The notes below the pieces were generated by a model that saw only the letters and a program-made list of their open reading frames with translations, made no database searches and was not told where the DNA came from. A stretch of 52,166 nt of DNA from Tubiluchus corallicola (Eukaryota > Animalia > Priapulida). A program made the position numbers and the translations under genes. The stretch is taken from contig JAQGDQ010001017.1 in the NCBI GenBank assembly GCA_030141605.1, positions 1-52,166 on the forward strand, given 5' to 3'. This document shows, in pieces, positions 27,082 through 40,454 of the stretch; within the stretch, counting starts at the first letter, position 1; the number at the start of each line of letters is the position of its first letter.

Positions 27082-27297
27082 GTAGGCATATTTTCTAAAA
27101 GTGCCTTTAAGTTATTACAATGTTAAGCCAAAATAAAACAAAATTTCTTATCTTTGACTTTATATAACATAGCCATAGGACCCATAAAAACATTAACTAA
27201 CACTACAAACGCAGACTTGGTGTTAAACTAAAACAAGTCCTAAAACTAAGAATAAACCGACTTGAAATCTTGCAGGCTAAAATATCCTTAATAACTT

Positions 27298-27610
27298 AGA
27301 GTTATTTTTTACACGTTACGTTACCTATTAACAAACTATGTACGGTTAGATAGAGAATTTCACAGGCTTTCTAACCGTGCATTACACGACTAAATTTGCT
27401 TAAGTACTGCGTTCGTAATGGCGGTTGAAAGTACGAATCCATGTTTGTGGATTCCGGAGGAAGTATCGTTGCAAGTCCGAATACAGAAAACTAGGGTTTG
27501 AGTTATTTTTTACACGTTACGTTACTTTTGAACAAACTATATACGGTTAGATGGAGAATTTCACGGGCTTTCTAACCATGTATTACACGACTAAATTCGC
27601 TCAAGTACAG
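27298..27610. repeat. Two ~110-bp direct repeats (27298-27408, 27500-27610)
   Basis: GAGTTATTTTTTACACGTTACG...AAGTAC occurs twice. Confidence 0.8.
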
Positions 27611-28238
27611 CAACGAAGATGGCATTCAAGTACAGAAACGAAATTGAAAGGGGCAAATATGTTTAGCAAACAGGTTCAGAGACACGGTTGATAAAAATAT
27701 TCATAATATGTTTTTCTAGAAATAGGCTTAATAAACATATATATGGGTCACGTTGAGAAAAATTACAAAATCCTTACCACGTATAGTGTGCACGATATAT
27801 TATTCCCTCACCACGAATTATTAGTTCGTGCATTCGATATGCAACCTGTGGCCACGACATATTACATTGTGCACAGGAATTTCCATACCTGTTGAAACAA
27901 AAAAGCATAGAGCCACCAAAGGGCCACCTTGGGAAAATTAGTAAATGGTGGCCACGATTTAAATATCGTGCACATGGATTAATAATTTTTGGACACCAAT
28001 TAGCATCTTATGTGGTCGGATTAGCAGTTATTAACAATTCATGGCTTTGAATTTTAGTATCTTGGGTGCATAAGCTAATAATTTATATATATATATATAT
28101 ATAATAATCTTTATTTGCCATTAAAATACATTAATAGTCACCGATAAAAACTTTACAGAGATGATCAATCAGTGTTAGTTAATAAAAACTTACACTGCTA
28201 AAGGCAAATGCGTCAGTGCAATCTAAACTACTGTGCAG

Positions 28239-28603
28239 TCATGTAGCCTGATGTCCAATCTTTACTTTTAGATGGCAAGGATTTACAAAATGAAGTAATC
28301 ACAATGCCCCCTATCGATCATGTAGCCTGATGTCCCATCTTTACTTTTAGATGGCAAGGATTTACAAAATGAAGTAATCACAATGCCCCCTATCGATCAT
28401 GTAGCCTGATGTCCCATCTTTACTTTTAGATGGCAAGGATTTACAAAATGAAAGTAATCACAATGCCTCCTAACGATCATGTAGCAGTATGTTCCATCTT
28501 TACTTTTAGATGGCAAGGATTTACAAAATGAAAGTAATCACAATGCCTCCTAACGATCATGTAGCAGTATGTCCCATCTTTACTTTTAGATGGCAAGGAT
28601 TTA
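28239..28603. repeat. 79-80-bp tandem repeat, about 4.6 copies
   Basis: TCATGTAGC at 28239, 28318, 28397, 28477, 28557. Confidence 0.93.
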
Positions 28604-29163
28604 GTTCTTTTTTCTCAGCGTGGCGTTTAGGGGCTTCGTATTATAGAAAACTATATGTACTGTACATATTTTTTTAAACTTCTGGCTAATACTCGTACGT
28701 AGTTTGAAATAACGTGGCGCTCATTGGCACCTTTTGGTGAGACATTTCTTAGAAAAGACGACCGCAAGTTTTTAACTAATAATATATTGTTTTATTCCCC
28801 CTGACCTCGTGCTTTCTTAGGACACACATTCTTTATTAAAAGAAACATTGTATAATTCACAATTATTGGTTTTAAAGTGATATTTTCAAAGTCAAACTTG
28901 TATCTTTTATGAATTTAAAGAGTTAATATTACCATTTTTTTCTACATGGTCATCCAACCACCTCAATTTCGCTATTGTTTGAAGTAAGTGTAACGTGTAA
29001 ATTCGCATTTGAGTTTGTTATCATTACTCCTTGTATGTAATTATGATCTTTAATCACGTGTGTGATGATACATTTGACAATGTGCATTGATAACTGTTTC
29101 TGATATCACTTCTGAACTGGTGTCGCTTCTGTAGATTTGCGATATACCAACAGAAAAATTCTG

Positions 29164-29405
29164 TTAGAAACTTGTAGTAAGTGTGTCAAAAAATGCCAGA
29201 GACAAACTTTTTTGTTGTTCCATAGTAAGTCGGATTGTAAGGTGAATCGTCTTCAAGGCATCAGAAAATGACTGTACGCGGTCTTGCAAAATTGAAAATG
29301 AATCATGTACATATTGCAAAAAAACGACAGGGGTTGTGTATGATAACGATTCCATAGTTGCTGTAATAACAAAACCCATCACCTGATTCGCAATGGCGGG
29401 ATTAA
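29164..29405 (-). mobile_element. Penelope-like reverse transcriptase relic
   Basis: NPAIANQVM...PVVFLQYVHDSF...LKTIHLTIRLTMEQ...SLAFFD resembles PLE SPxIANxFM/RYVDDTF/LNxxHPxIKFTME/LPFLD. Confidence 0.65.
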
Positions 29406-29890
29406 CCATGTGTGTGATGATACATTTGACAATGTACATTGATAATTGTTTCTGGTATCGCTTCTGTACTCTGCGAGCCTTGTATAGTTCCATTTTAAAT
29501 GTTAATTAATAAATTACTTGTGTTTTTGAACTAATTATCTATGTAACTACATTTTTGACAACCAGTTGTACATATATCTGTTCTAAACTAAAATGTATTT
29601 GTTGCACAGTGGTAAATCTGCGAACAGTATATTACTGTGTGCCTATCCACTTAAGATAAATGAAGTTTACATATTTATAACCACGTGTGTGAAATTTACT
29701 TATTTATTTACTTGTTGCAGATCCACTGTTTAAGATATTAGCAGAAAAACGAAGACGTCTTTCCCCTGGTGGTACGTAGCAGCAATTTCTGCATTTTACG
29801 CAAGCAAATACATTTGACAGCAACTTGCATCTTTGGCATTTCAGGCATGCCTGCTTTTAATCAATTAATTTCATCCTTTAATTACTGCAG

Positions 29891-30029
29891 ACCTTTTGAG
29901 TAAAGACCCAGTGTGGGCTACAGCATATGAGACGTTTTTCCTTGAGATTCGAAAGACCGGTAAGGAACCACAGTGGACAAAGCAAGTTATTGGAAAGGTC
30001 GGAGGAAATGTTCCTGTTATTGAGATAAG
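29891..30029 (+). CDS. PKD1-like gene 2 exon: REJ domain
   Basis: FFLEIRKTG...QVIGKVGGNVPVIEIR; phase 1-2. Confidence 0.82.
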
Positions 30030-30578
30030 GTACGCACAGATTATTCATACTTATTGGTATTATATATATATATATAATAAACTTTATTTGCCATTAAAAT
30101 ACATTGATAATCACTGATAAAAACTTTACAGAGAGATCAATCAGTGTTAGTTAATAAAATTTACACTGCTAATGCGTCATGTTTTTTTATTTTTTTTATT
30201 TTTATTATTATCACATTCAGTACAATATAATGACATTAAGCACACAGTGACATCAAAATTATTACATCTACTGTATTAAATTGTTATGTTTCATACACTA
30301 TCGTTATCATAAAAGAATAATTTTACTGTAGTGGGCTAGAGAAGCAAAGGCTTGTATAAGCCCACTGTCATGTGAACCCGATAAAAAAAGAATGGATGAG
30401 TGAACAAAAAAAAAGAACTGGGAGAAAGGTTAGATCACACAGGAAAGGTAGAAGGATGTGTTAGTGGAAATGGTAGGAAGAAAGATAATAGATTGTGCTA
30501 TGTTGACATCAGCTGTGAAGATTTATCAATGATGCTTTGTTTTGCATAATCTGTACCAGGATTGTGGCGTATTTTTAG

Positions 30579-30796
30579 GTGTCTCAAAAATTGTAAAGTG
30601 AAGGTGAATTCGCAACAGCGCATGTACTTACAAGCTCTCTGTACCAGCTGTAAGGCACGTGATTCTGAAACTGAATATGCTTGGAGGTTTGAAGAAAGCG
30701 ATGGTCCACAGTTACATGAAAACAAAGAAACTGACGTCGTTTACATTGAGAAAAATACTTTGCAGGCAGAGGGGAATTATACTATTATTGTAAGAG
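30579..30796 (+). CDS. PKD1-like gene 2 exon: REJ domain
   Basis: CLKNCKVKVNSQQRMYLQALCTSC...YAW...GNYTIIV; phase 2-1. Confidence 0.88.
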
Positions 30797-31296
30797 GTAA
30801 AATTTGTGATTTAAATTCATAGCAAAATGTAGCAACGCCAAATAATGGACCACAGCACACAACAACAGTAACTTTCTGAAGGGGACCACGGAGAACATGG
30901 TCCCATCACAGAGAACACGGAGTGACAGGACCAATAACATGCCAATATTACTGTGCAGATTTGGAATGTATTGTCTTGATAGCCTATGCTTTGTGTTTCA
31001 TAGTAAAATGATGTAAAAATAAAAAATTAAATAAAAATAAAGCCTGTACATATTGCAAACTTGATTATTATTTTACTTTCCTAACAAAGAATGACAAAGA
31101 TTACTATACCATCATAAACGTGTCACGTATCACTACAGTGTCCTGTTGTCAATTGTAGACTTGCACAGTATAATGATGTGACATAACCGTGCTAACTTAC
31201 TGACCAAGTATTAGAAAATCAAAAATTGCAAATAAAATAAAGGAATGTATTTATCGTGGAATGGCTAGCTAATATTTCTGTTATTTATTTACATAG

Positions 31297-31401
31297 GTGG
31301 TTCCTCATTAAGCTTAAGTGGACTTAGCTCATACAAATTTATTGTTAATGAAAGTCCTGGAGTTACTGGTGAGCCGCCATGTTTAGTTACACCAGTAGAA
31401 G
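31297..31401 (+). CDS. PKD1-like gene 2 exon: REJ domain
   Basis: YKFIVNESP...PCLVTPVEG; phase 1-1. Confidence 0.85.
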
Positions 31402-31804
31402 GTAGGCATGTATACTGTTTGCTTCAATTCTTTTTGATTCATTTCAAGTCATTTCTGTTCAATTATTTTAATTTCCTCCAGTATTTTAAAAGATTGGTTT
31501 ACAAGTTATCTTTAAATTATTTTATGTAAGGGTAATATATTTTATTATGCTAAAATACACGAATCAGCAGCCGAGACCTAAGATAGAACCTTGGAGTACT
31601 CTTGATATGAATCATATGTAATGTTTACTTACACCAAGTTTGACTTGCATGGTTCTAGGATAATAAGAGTTATATGGTTCTAGGAAATATAAGTTCTAGG
31701 ATGTTTTTGTTTGCGCCCACGCAAAAATTTATATTAACAAAATAATGAATATACTACGTTTGTCAGTATCTGAGTTTTATTTCAAGTTTTGCGTTGTACA
31801 TTAG

Positions 31805-31927
31805 GAGAGACACTGAAGACGAACTTCTCATTAATCTGTGACAGGTTCGTTGACGAGGACCAACCTCTAAAGTACGATTTGCACTACAAAACTGATATAG
31901 AAAACAGTTCCTTGGAGCAATCCAGAG
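31805..31927 (+). CDS. PKD1-like gene 2 exon: REJ domain
   Basis: GETLKTNFSLICDRFVDEDQPLKY; phase 1-1. Confidence 0.88.
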
Positions 31928-32482
31928 GTACAAATAAAACACATTTTCACACTTACAGTTGTTACTGTGAAACTTACTTCGTAATTTAACCGTTGGTGCT
32001 GAACTTTAGTTTCTTCTGAAGGTAACACACCACTAATTGCAGCACACCAGCTCTGCTCCACTGCACTAGCTCTTTCTGCAATTGTAAATAAACCATGTGT
32101 GGCAAGATGGAATAATGAATGTTCCAAAGGTTACGGCATTTCAAGAAATTTCATTTAAGCAGCGTACGATTCCAATTTGTCAAGCAAGAAGTTATAAAAA
32201 CTTGTCATTTTCACAAATTGACTTTCACTGTCAATATACTGTCACTGTCATGATGGTGGTGCTGTTACAGCTGTAGGTAACTGACAGAAATCCAGCAGCA
32301 AGATAGACAGATAAGCTGCAAGATAGATATCATTTCTACAAGATATGCATCTGCTGGTGACTGACTTTGTATGAAACTATTGTAGTTAAAGGTAATGAAA
32401 TTAAAATGAAATTCGTCATTGCCATTGCCAACACGTTTCATGGAAAATTTCCACTTTAACTACCGACTTTTTCTCATGACAG

Positions 32483-32628
32483 GCGTCTTACTGGGCAGCA
32501 AAACAAGTTCAGAATTTTCCGATGTATTTCTTCCTGAAGGTAAAGCTGAGAATAACTACAAGGTGCAAATTTTGTTGTTTGTAACAGACGTTTATGGAAC
32601 GACCACCCATGTATTAACTAATGTTACG
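32483..32628 (+). CDS. PKD1-like gene 2 exon: REJ domain end
   Basis: VFLPEGKAENNYKVQILLFVTDVYG; phase 1-0. Confidence 0.88.
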
Positions 32629-32949
32629 GTGAGCGTGATTTCACAGTCAATTGTTTTTGCATTTTATAGATTTATTTCGCAATAAACATACACATATACG
32701 ATACATGTGCATCGATAGTCAGTTTTTGTTAATACAAAAATATGATACAATTCATGAATTCTGCGCTTGAGACCTAAGAAGCTAGCTTATGGTAGGCCAC
32801 TAGAATTAGTTACGAAAAAAATTATAATCTATACAGATACACTATTACAATATATACAAATATGATTACGGGTGGGAAGTAATAAAAAAATTATCATACT
32901 AGAGGGGAAGTTTTTGAAAATTAAAAACAACAAATCATGATTGAGTGAT

Positions 32950-33080
32950 CAGTTATATGTTTCAAGTAAGTTTAATTTATATTTTTTTTTAATATGGACA
33001 GCGAGTTGGCATTTTTAATAGCTGGAGCAATTGAATTCCATATGTAAGGGCCACTGTATTTAATAGAAAATTTTCTAACT
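32950..33080 (-). mobile_element. CR1/L2-group LINE C-terminal relic
   Basis: Minus strand reads RKFSIKYSGPYIWNSIAPAIKNANSL. Confidence 0.6.
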
Positions 33081-33327
33081 GTATGTACATTTCTTACGAT
33101 CATATCCCTTATAAACTATATTTGGTTAGATGGACTGAATAGTTAAGATGATGGCAGTTTGGTCACTCCATACAAGGTTTTATCAGATTTCTGCCCCTCA
33201 GCCTGCATACTTTAATATTTGATCATCAAACAGTGCAAAAAAACGAATTTTAATTTCAAAGTACATTTAAAAAAATACCTTTTAGCATTGCATGCACTCG
33301 CAGTAACAATATAGCTCATTTTTATAG

Positions 33328-33466
33328 GTGTATCCGTATCTCCATAATTCCGGTCTCAGTACAAGTGAGATAGACAAAGAGATGCTGAGCAACTTAGAAG
33401 AATTACTAGTTGCCAAAGATTCATCTGGGAAAAGCAATTTAGAACATCACAAGGGCAATTATGGAA
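33328..33466 (+). CDS. PKD1-like gene 2 exon (post-REJ helical region)
   Basis: Open frame, AG/GTAAGG, phase 0-1, compatible with both neighbours. Confidence 0.72.
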
Positions 33467-34061
33467 GTAAGGAACCAACCTAAAATATTCGAATTTTATT
33501 CTTGATATAATCATGCGAATTCTTCATGAGTTTTTCATCAACCTTTTAAAACATGGCTGACATTTTTGCAACGTTGCAAAATGAATATCAGTACAGATTC
33601 TGAGCAGTGACAGATTTTGCCTTTATTTAATGGAAAGGAGTAGTCACTTGGCAAGTTGTAGTCACTTAAACTTAGAAAAATATAACAAAAAAATTTGCAA
33701 AAATGTCTAAAAACCATAAAGTTTGTTTATACTACCACTAATCATTTGCAGATTCACTCGAAAATTATAACACAATTGGTGGACTTCGCGAATTTTCGTA
33801 AACGCCTCGTTGCTTTCTCATATCATACAACTGTGTATCTAATGATCAAACATCAAAATAAGATGTCATAGTCGTAATCGTAAAGAAGACAAAGTGCCCT
33901 TTAAGTCTCAAAATTTTTTTTCACGTGGATTTCATTCTTCACGGACTTTGCCAACTGAAATCCACTTGTATGGCCTAAATGTTATCATGATCTACTATAT
34001 CCTACTATATATCCTATATATACTGTATCTACTATATTCTATACTCGTTTCAACTGTATTG

Positions 34062-35708
34062 TTAACTATAACAGTTCAAGAAGCAAACGAGAAATCTGTA
34101 AGATCTACCGACATTTAAATGAGGATAAGATTAAGAATCAGAAAAAATTATAAACAGAAGAGGATGTGAGATTAAAAAAGGAAAAGCCAAATGAAATGCA
34201 TAGTAAGAGAAAGAAATAATTATTTGTATATTATTATTTGCTCTACGGTAAGACAATTGCCAACAAAGCAAATAAGTTTTCAAGAAGCACTTCAAAGTGA
34301 TAAACTTTGCATTGCATTGTTTACTACATTTCACAGTGCATTGTTTACAACATTTCACAGTGCATTGTTTACTACATTTCACAGTGCATTGTTTACTACA
34401 TTTCACAGTGCATTGTTTACTACATTTCACAGTGCATTGTTTACTACATTTCACAGTGCATTGTTTACTACATTTCACAGTGCATTGTTTACTACATTTC
34501 ACAGTGCATTTTTTACTACATTTCACAGTGCATTGTTTACTACATTTCACAGTGCATTGTTTACTACATTTCACAGTGCATTGTTTACTACATTTCACAG
34601 TGCATTGTTTACTACATTTCACAGTGCATTGTTTACTACATTTCAGTCATTTACATGATGACATCACAGTATGTGCAGCCTTTCATGATCTAGGACATAC
34701 ATGTAGATTTCGGATGAAGAACACCGTGATGGATGAAATTCACGTGAAAAACAAAAAATTTTGAGACATAATGGTTACTTTGTCTTCCTTATGATTACAA
34801 CTAAAAGTGATAAACATTTTAATCTAAAATGGGTTTTTTGAAAAGATGCAAAGGCAGTACTATGAACTATGAACTATGAATTTATTTTCATACATCAAAG
34901 TACAATATTAACTACAACAGTTCAAGAAGCAAACGAGAAATCTGTAAGATCTACCGACATTTAAATGAGGATAAGATTAAGAATCAGAAAAAATTATAAA
35001 CAGAAGAGGATGTGAGATTAAAAAAGGAAAAGCCAAATGAAATGCATAGTAAGAGAAAGAAATAATTATTTGTATATTATTATTTGCTCTACGGTAAGAC
35101 AATTGCCAACAAAGCAAATAAGTTTTCAAGAAGCACTTCAAAGTGATAAACTTTGCATTGCATTGTTTACTACATTTCACAGTGCATTGTTTACTACATT
35201 TCACAGTGCATTATTTACTACATTTCACAGTGCATTGTTTACTACATTTCACAGTGCATTGTTTACTACATTTCACAGTGCATTGTTTACTACATTTCAC
35301 AGTGCATTGTTTACTACATTTCACAGTGCATTGTTTACTACATTTCACAGTGCATTGTTTACTACATTTCACAGTGCATTGTTTACTACATTTCACAGTG
35401 CATTGTTTACTACATTTCACAGTGCATTGTTTACTACATTTCAGTCATTTACATGATGACATCACAGTATGTGCAGCCTTTCATGATCTAGGACATACAT
35501 GTAGATTTCGGATGAAGAACACCGTGATGGATGAAATTCACGTGAAAAACAAAAAATTTTGAGACATAATGGTTACTTTGTCTTCCTTATGATTACAACT
35601 AAAAGTGATAAACATTTTAATCTAAAATGGGTTTTTTGAAAAGATGCAAAGGCAGTACTATGAACTATGAACTATGAATTTATTTTCATACATCAAAGTA
35701 CAATATTA
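34062..35708. repeat. Near-identical tandem duplication (~846 + ~800 bp), each unit with a 24-bp minisatellite (14 and 12 copies)
   Basis: Units start at 34062 and 34908; unit TTTCACAGTGCATTGTTTACTACA at ~34313-34644 and ~35159-35442. Confidence 0.93.
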
Positions 35709-36109
35709 TACACATTAATAAACTTTAAATAAAATGATTTGAGTAGTGCGAGGTCATTAACACACTCACCTTACTTAAATGAAAAAATGATTATAGTTAT
35801 GCATGCTTCTGTAGATAAGTTAATGTAAATAAGGATGAAGTAAATGATGTAATAATAGCAATGGTATAAGAGCAATAAACCTGAAAGTTGAGAAAGGAAA
35901 ACATAATATGTAATTACGATTTTGAGAGAGCCTTAAAGAGAAATTTTTTTAAACAGTTACGAACATTAATTATGTGATTATCTGTCAATGTACCACTTAC
36001 TTGTATTACAATGCACCATATTGGCTACTTGTATATAAATGTTGTAACGTAATGTTAACAGTAATATAACAGTAATGCTGAAGCAAACCAATACTTTGTG
36101 ACTTTGCAG

Positions 36110-36231
36110 AAGTAACGCAGATAGTATCAGCTGCTTCAGCTGCGCTTAACACACACATGGAAATAGAAACGGAAGTTACCTGCAAAGATGAAAGAGACAC
36201 ACAAATTGAAATTCTTCAGGCAAAAGCAAAG
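36110..36231 (+). CDS. PKD1-like gene 2 exon (helical region)
   Basis: VTQIVSAASAALN...QAKAK; phase 1-0. Confidence 0.75.
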
Positions 36232-37145
36232 GTGAAGTCAAAAATTCACATCAAGCACTAATTCACACACAGAGACTTAATGACTAACACCTTAAACGTA
36301 CAACTACAGCTGCAATATAGGTGGGAATATATATAGATACTATTCCCGTCTATAATATATATAATTATGAGCGAATATTAGTCAAACCATGTAACAAACC
36401 TTAGTCGATTTGCATCATTGGCATTTTACTGTCTGTGATCCACTTTTCTAGAATGACGTATGTTAGTGTCTCTGAGAGGCATTTATGACAACTTCTAAAG
36501 TCTCAGTTGAATTTTCAAATAAACCACTGATCTTTATTTCTGCAACATTTAAAACAAAAAAGTAGAACATGTTCACAGCATAAATGAAAAACGTAACTAG
36601 GTCAATGCAAACTTTCTAGCTAGATGGAGCCACCGTGGCTTCAAAATTAAAATTTACTAAGTCAGGTTCACACTGGCCTTAATGTGTTGCTGTACATTCT
36701 GCAAGTTCACTTAATTGCCTTTAACAACATCTTTAACAACATAAGTCAGAGTAAATACATCAGCCAGTATTATCGTGGCATCTGAGTCAAAATGTTGTTT
36801 TGACCCACACAACTGTTAAAGCCCATTGCCTTCCTTTTAATCTTGCTACCAAGAGTGAAAAAAATACTACTACTTTCACAGACAAGCCAAGTCTTGTAAA
36901 CTTATCTATCCTGCTTACATACAAACATATAGCGCTAGCATGAATATATTGAAAACTACAAAATGTACTAGCAGATGTCAGCACTGACTTTGTGGCAAAA
37001 AATTGTCCATTCTCATTTAATATGTCCAGAAAGCTATTGACGTATTAAAAACGAGCCCTTAAACACGTAGTGAAATTCACCAGCATTTAAATCATGTCTG
37101 CACATGTATATTTAATTTTACATTACAATATATGTTAAAATCTAG

Positions 37146-37271
37146 GTGAGAGAAGCCATGGTGGACGCAATATCAAGTCTTCTAGTGTCCAACGTAAAGG
37201 AAGTCAAAGTGATATCGTCTTTGCTGAATGCAGTTATTGCAACAACTGCTGAAGTAACTCCAAGAGCAAAG
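37146..37271 (+). CDS. PKD1-like gene 2 exon (helical region)
   Basis: VREAMVDAISSLLVSNVKEVKVISSLL...EVTPRAK; phase 0-0. Confidence 0.78.
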
Positions 37272-37469
37272 GTTGATTAGCACAGTTATTATATCACAAT
37301 TAATGAGAAAGAAATATGGATGATTATGTCGTTTTTGAATGGAAAGCAAAAACGACATTTTTCTAAAATACTAGCATTAATTTTTTTATCATATTTTACC
37401 TGGAAATGAGCGAGCGCATAGATTACCAGAAAAACACATTATATAAGCAAAATAATTCGTTGAATTGAT

Positions 37470-37800
37470 TGTGTATAGCTGATTATTGGTGTTTTAGGGA
37501 TGGCAAAACTATGAAGAGTCAGATTATAAAACTACACGTTTATTAAACATCAAACACAATAAATATGATAGATAGTAATGCCAAGCCCCCTGATCTAGTT
37601 TGCTCTGCTCCAACTCCCAGACTCAATCTCCTCAGCTGGGCGCATCACAAGGCTTATATATCGTGCGCCGAGCTTCGGTTCTGAATCACTTACTCACGTG
37701 ACACCACTTCTTAACTGGCTTCATACCAGCATTCATCAGCATAATTATCTATCATAATCTAATGCTTTTAACATAGTTTAACAGGTCCTCTTCACTATAT
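37470..37800 (-). mobile_element. Probable solo LTR, family B, copy 2
   Basis: Reverse-complement homologue of 7800-8155. Confidence 0.6.
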
Positions 37801-38993
37801 ATAAGAGAAGATTGTTTTTCTATGTTACTTGCAAATGGCAATTTGCAGATTGTGCAACATTTATAGTTAGTTAGTTTCATACCCCAATGTCAGACCAGAA
37901 TGCATTTTACACAACTCCTAAAAGCCCACAGACAAGCTAGTGAATACTCAGGGATAATGTAGCATTCGTGTAAATAATTTGCCTATTTTTCTAGTGTTAT
38001 GGCACAGTTTAGACAATGGTATTACATATGTAATGTGGTTAGGAGGTATCTGTTGAATGCTACTTTTGAATAGGTATTGTATTTTGGGTGATTCTAAGGG
38101 AAACAGTTTTTGGCAGGTTTCCTATCACAGAGGACTGAGAGGGAGGAACTTAACGTAACCCCAGGCAGCATGCAATATTTACATATTTGTAAATATTGGG
38201 AAATATGAAAATGTGGATTTGCCATAACATTGTACCAACATTTTTCAACAATATGTGTAAACCATCTGTTTTCAATATTAGACGACAATATTGGTCCAAT
38301 GCTGTACCAATATTTGCAAAAATATCCAATACTGTATCAACATGGCAGGAACATTTTCTGAACATATTTCTTGTCAAGATCTTGACAAGATCGTAATCAC
38401 ATATTGTGTGCTACCTAGAGCTGTTCTGCATCTCGGAATGCCCATTGTCCAGAGTAGACTTTATAAAAAAGCTTTATATAGTAGCCAATGAGTAGGCTAC
38501 TAGAAACCAAGAAAGAGTGGTCCTACGGGGATTTCTGGAAGAAGTTGTACTGAACTGGCCTTTGACCACAGATTACTATAAAAGCTTCTTGAACTAGCCG
38601 TGCCTGCCCTATTCATTACAATTGCGCAAAATAGCAATACATGTCGAACCATTAACATACTCTTATCTGTAATCAACTGATAAATACACTTGCAAGGATA
38701 ACGCAGCATCAGTAGCTGATATTGAAGCCATGCTTTTCATCCCTTCTGTCATCCTTGCAGTCCTTAGCATATTCTTATCTGTTACAGTGACTGTGATTAT
38801 TTTGTTAACCAAATCAGGGTGAGCTGTAGATGCTGATCTAGATTCTATGGTACAACTAATTTGATCTCATCATACTAGTCTTGATAAGGTTCTTGCTGTA
38901 CAGAATTGCTTGCAATATCTTGGCGTAATTTAATTGGATTTTGTGCTAAATTTTATAATTCCCCACACACCAGAAATTGTCTTGTGAAACAGA

Positions 38994-39522
38994 TTAGGGT
39001 TAGGGATAAGTTTGTGGTTAGGGTTAGTGTTAGGGTTAGGGTTAGTGTTAAGGTTAGGGTTAGGGTTAGGGTTAAGTTTGGGGTTAGGGTTGGTTTAGGG
39101 CTAGCTTTTAGGGTTAGGGTTAGGGTTAAGTTTGGGGTTAGGGTTAGTGTTAGGGTTAGGGTTAGGGTTAGGGTTAGAGTTAGGGTTAGGGTTAAAGTTA
39201 GGGTTAGGTTTGGGGTTAGGGTTGGTTTAGGGCTAGCTTTAGGGTTAGGGTTAGGGTTACGGTTACGGTTTAGGGTTAGGGTTAGGGTTAGGGTTAGGGT
39301 TGGTTTAGGGCTAGGTTTAGGGTTAGGGTTAGGTTTGGGGTTAGGGTTGGTTTAGGGCTAGGTTTAGGGTTAGGGTAAGAGTTCGGTAATGGTTGGGGTT
39401 AGGGTTAGGTTTGGGGTTAGGGTTGGTTTAGGCTTAGGTTTAGGGTTAGGGTTAGAGTTCGGTTAGGGTTAGGGTTAGGGTTACGGTTTAGGGTTAGAGT
39501 TAGGTTTGGGGTTAGGGTTGGG
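38994..39522 (+). repeat. Interstitial degenerate telomeric (TTAGGG)n array
   Basis: About 530 bp of TTAGGG plus variants TTAGTG, TTTGGG, CTAGGT, TTACGG. Confidence 0.95.
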
Positions 39523-39600
39523 ATTGGGGGTTCGTGTATTTAAATTGTGTGAGGAATTGTAAACGCCTTCCAGTTATTGAATATATTTTAACAATTTCAG

Positions 39601-39695
39601 GAAGCAGCGATTGAGAAGATAGAAGAAATGGGAAAATTGCTAAAGAATATCGCAGCATCAGAAGCTGATATTGAGGATCTGGAAGCCACTTCAAA
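39601..39695 (+). CDS. PKD1-like gene 2 exon
   Basis: EAAIEKIEEMGKLL...DLEATS; phase 0-2. Confidence 0.72.
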
Positions 39696-40407
39696 GTACA
39701 TTGTGTTTATTCAATTACAAATATTTCTGCTAGCTCAGTGAAATGACTTTCACAAAATGAACTTTCTTATTTAACATCTCATTGAGGAATACCATTGAAG
39801 TTAACTTCAGTTTCTTCTTATAAAAATTAACATTTCTTATGCAATTTAGTTTTTCATTAGTTTTTATTAACTGCATTTCTTCAAGCCTAATAAATTCATG
39901 TTGGATTAACCTTTGCAATTTGAAACAAACAAAAAAATTTTTTCAAGAAGTATGGATGTAGTGCAAAATACATCATTGTCATTTTCCTCACAGTAATCCA
40001 TGGGGTAGCAGGGTGGCTATTGTTATGTACAAACTTCAACACAATTTCATAGCTAACAAGAACTATTTTTAACTGGAATTTAGGTTTTGCAGATTATCAT
40101 GCTAGAATAATGATGTTAGATATCGGATAAAATGGGCAAATCAGATTTATTTTTAGTGTCTACATAATTCACTTTTGCGGCTATTCTTAACCGTATGATC
40201 GTCCTATACAAAGTACAATCATTTGCAAACGTTTAAGACCAAAGTGATTTTTTTCATGAAAATTGAAAAAACCATCGTTTGAATAATCTATTAGAAATAA
40301 CATAATTGATTAGTGTTTTAGCCAACTGATATGCAAAGTTTATCAATAAAAAATTATGATTCCTAATTTGTGTATAATACATTTTTTTAATTTAATAATG
40401 TCTTAAT

Positions 40408-40454
<47 letters not shown>

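Noticed and set aside
34131-35562. Repetitive Cys/His-rich ORFs (KCSKQCTV, HCLLHFTV)
   Set aside because: Open in several frames on both strands because the 24-bp unit is a multiple of 3; no splice or domain support.
38906-39355. VR/GL-repeat ORF
   Set aside because: Translation of the TTAGGG array.
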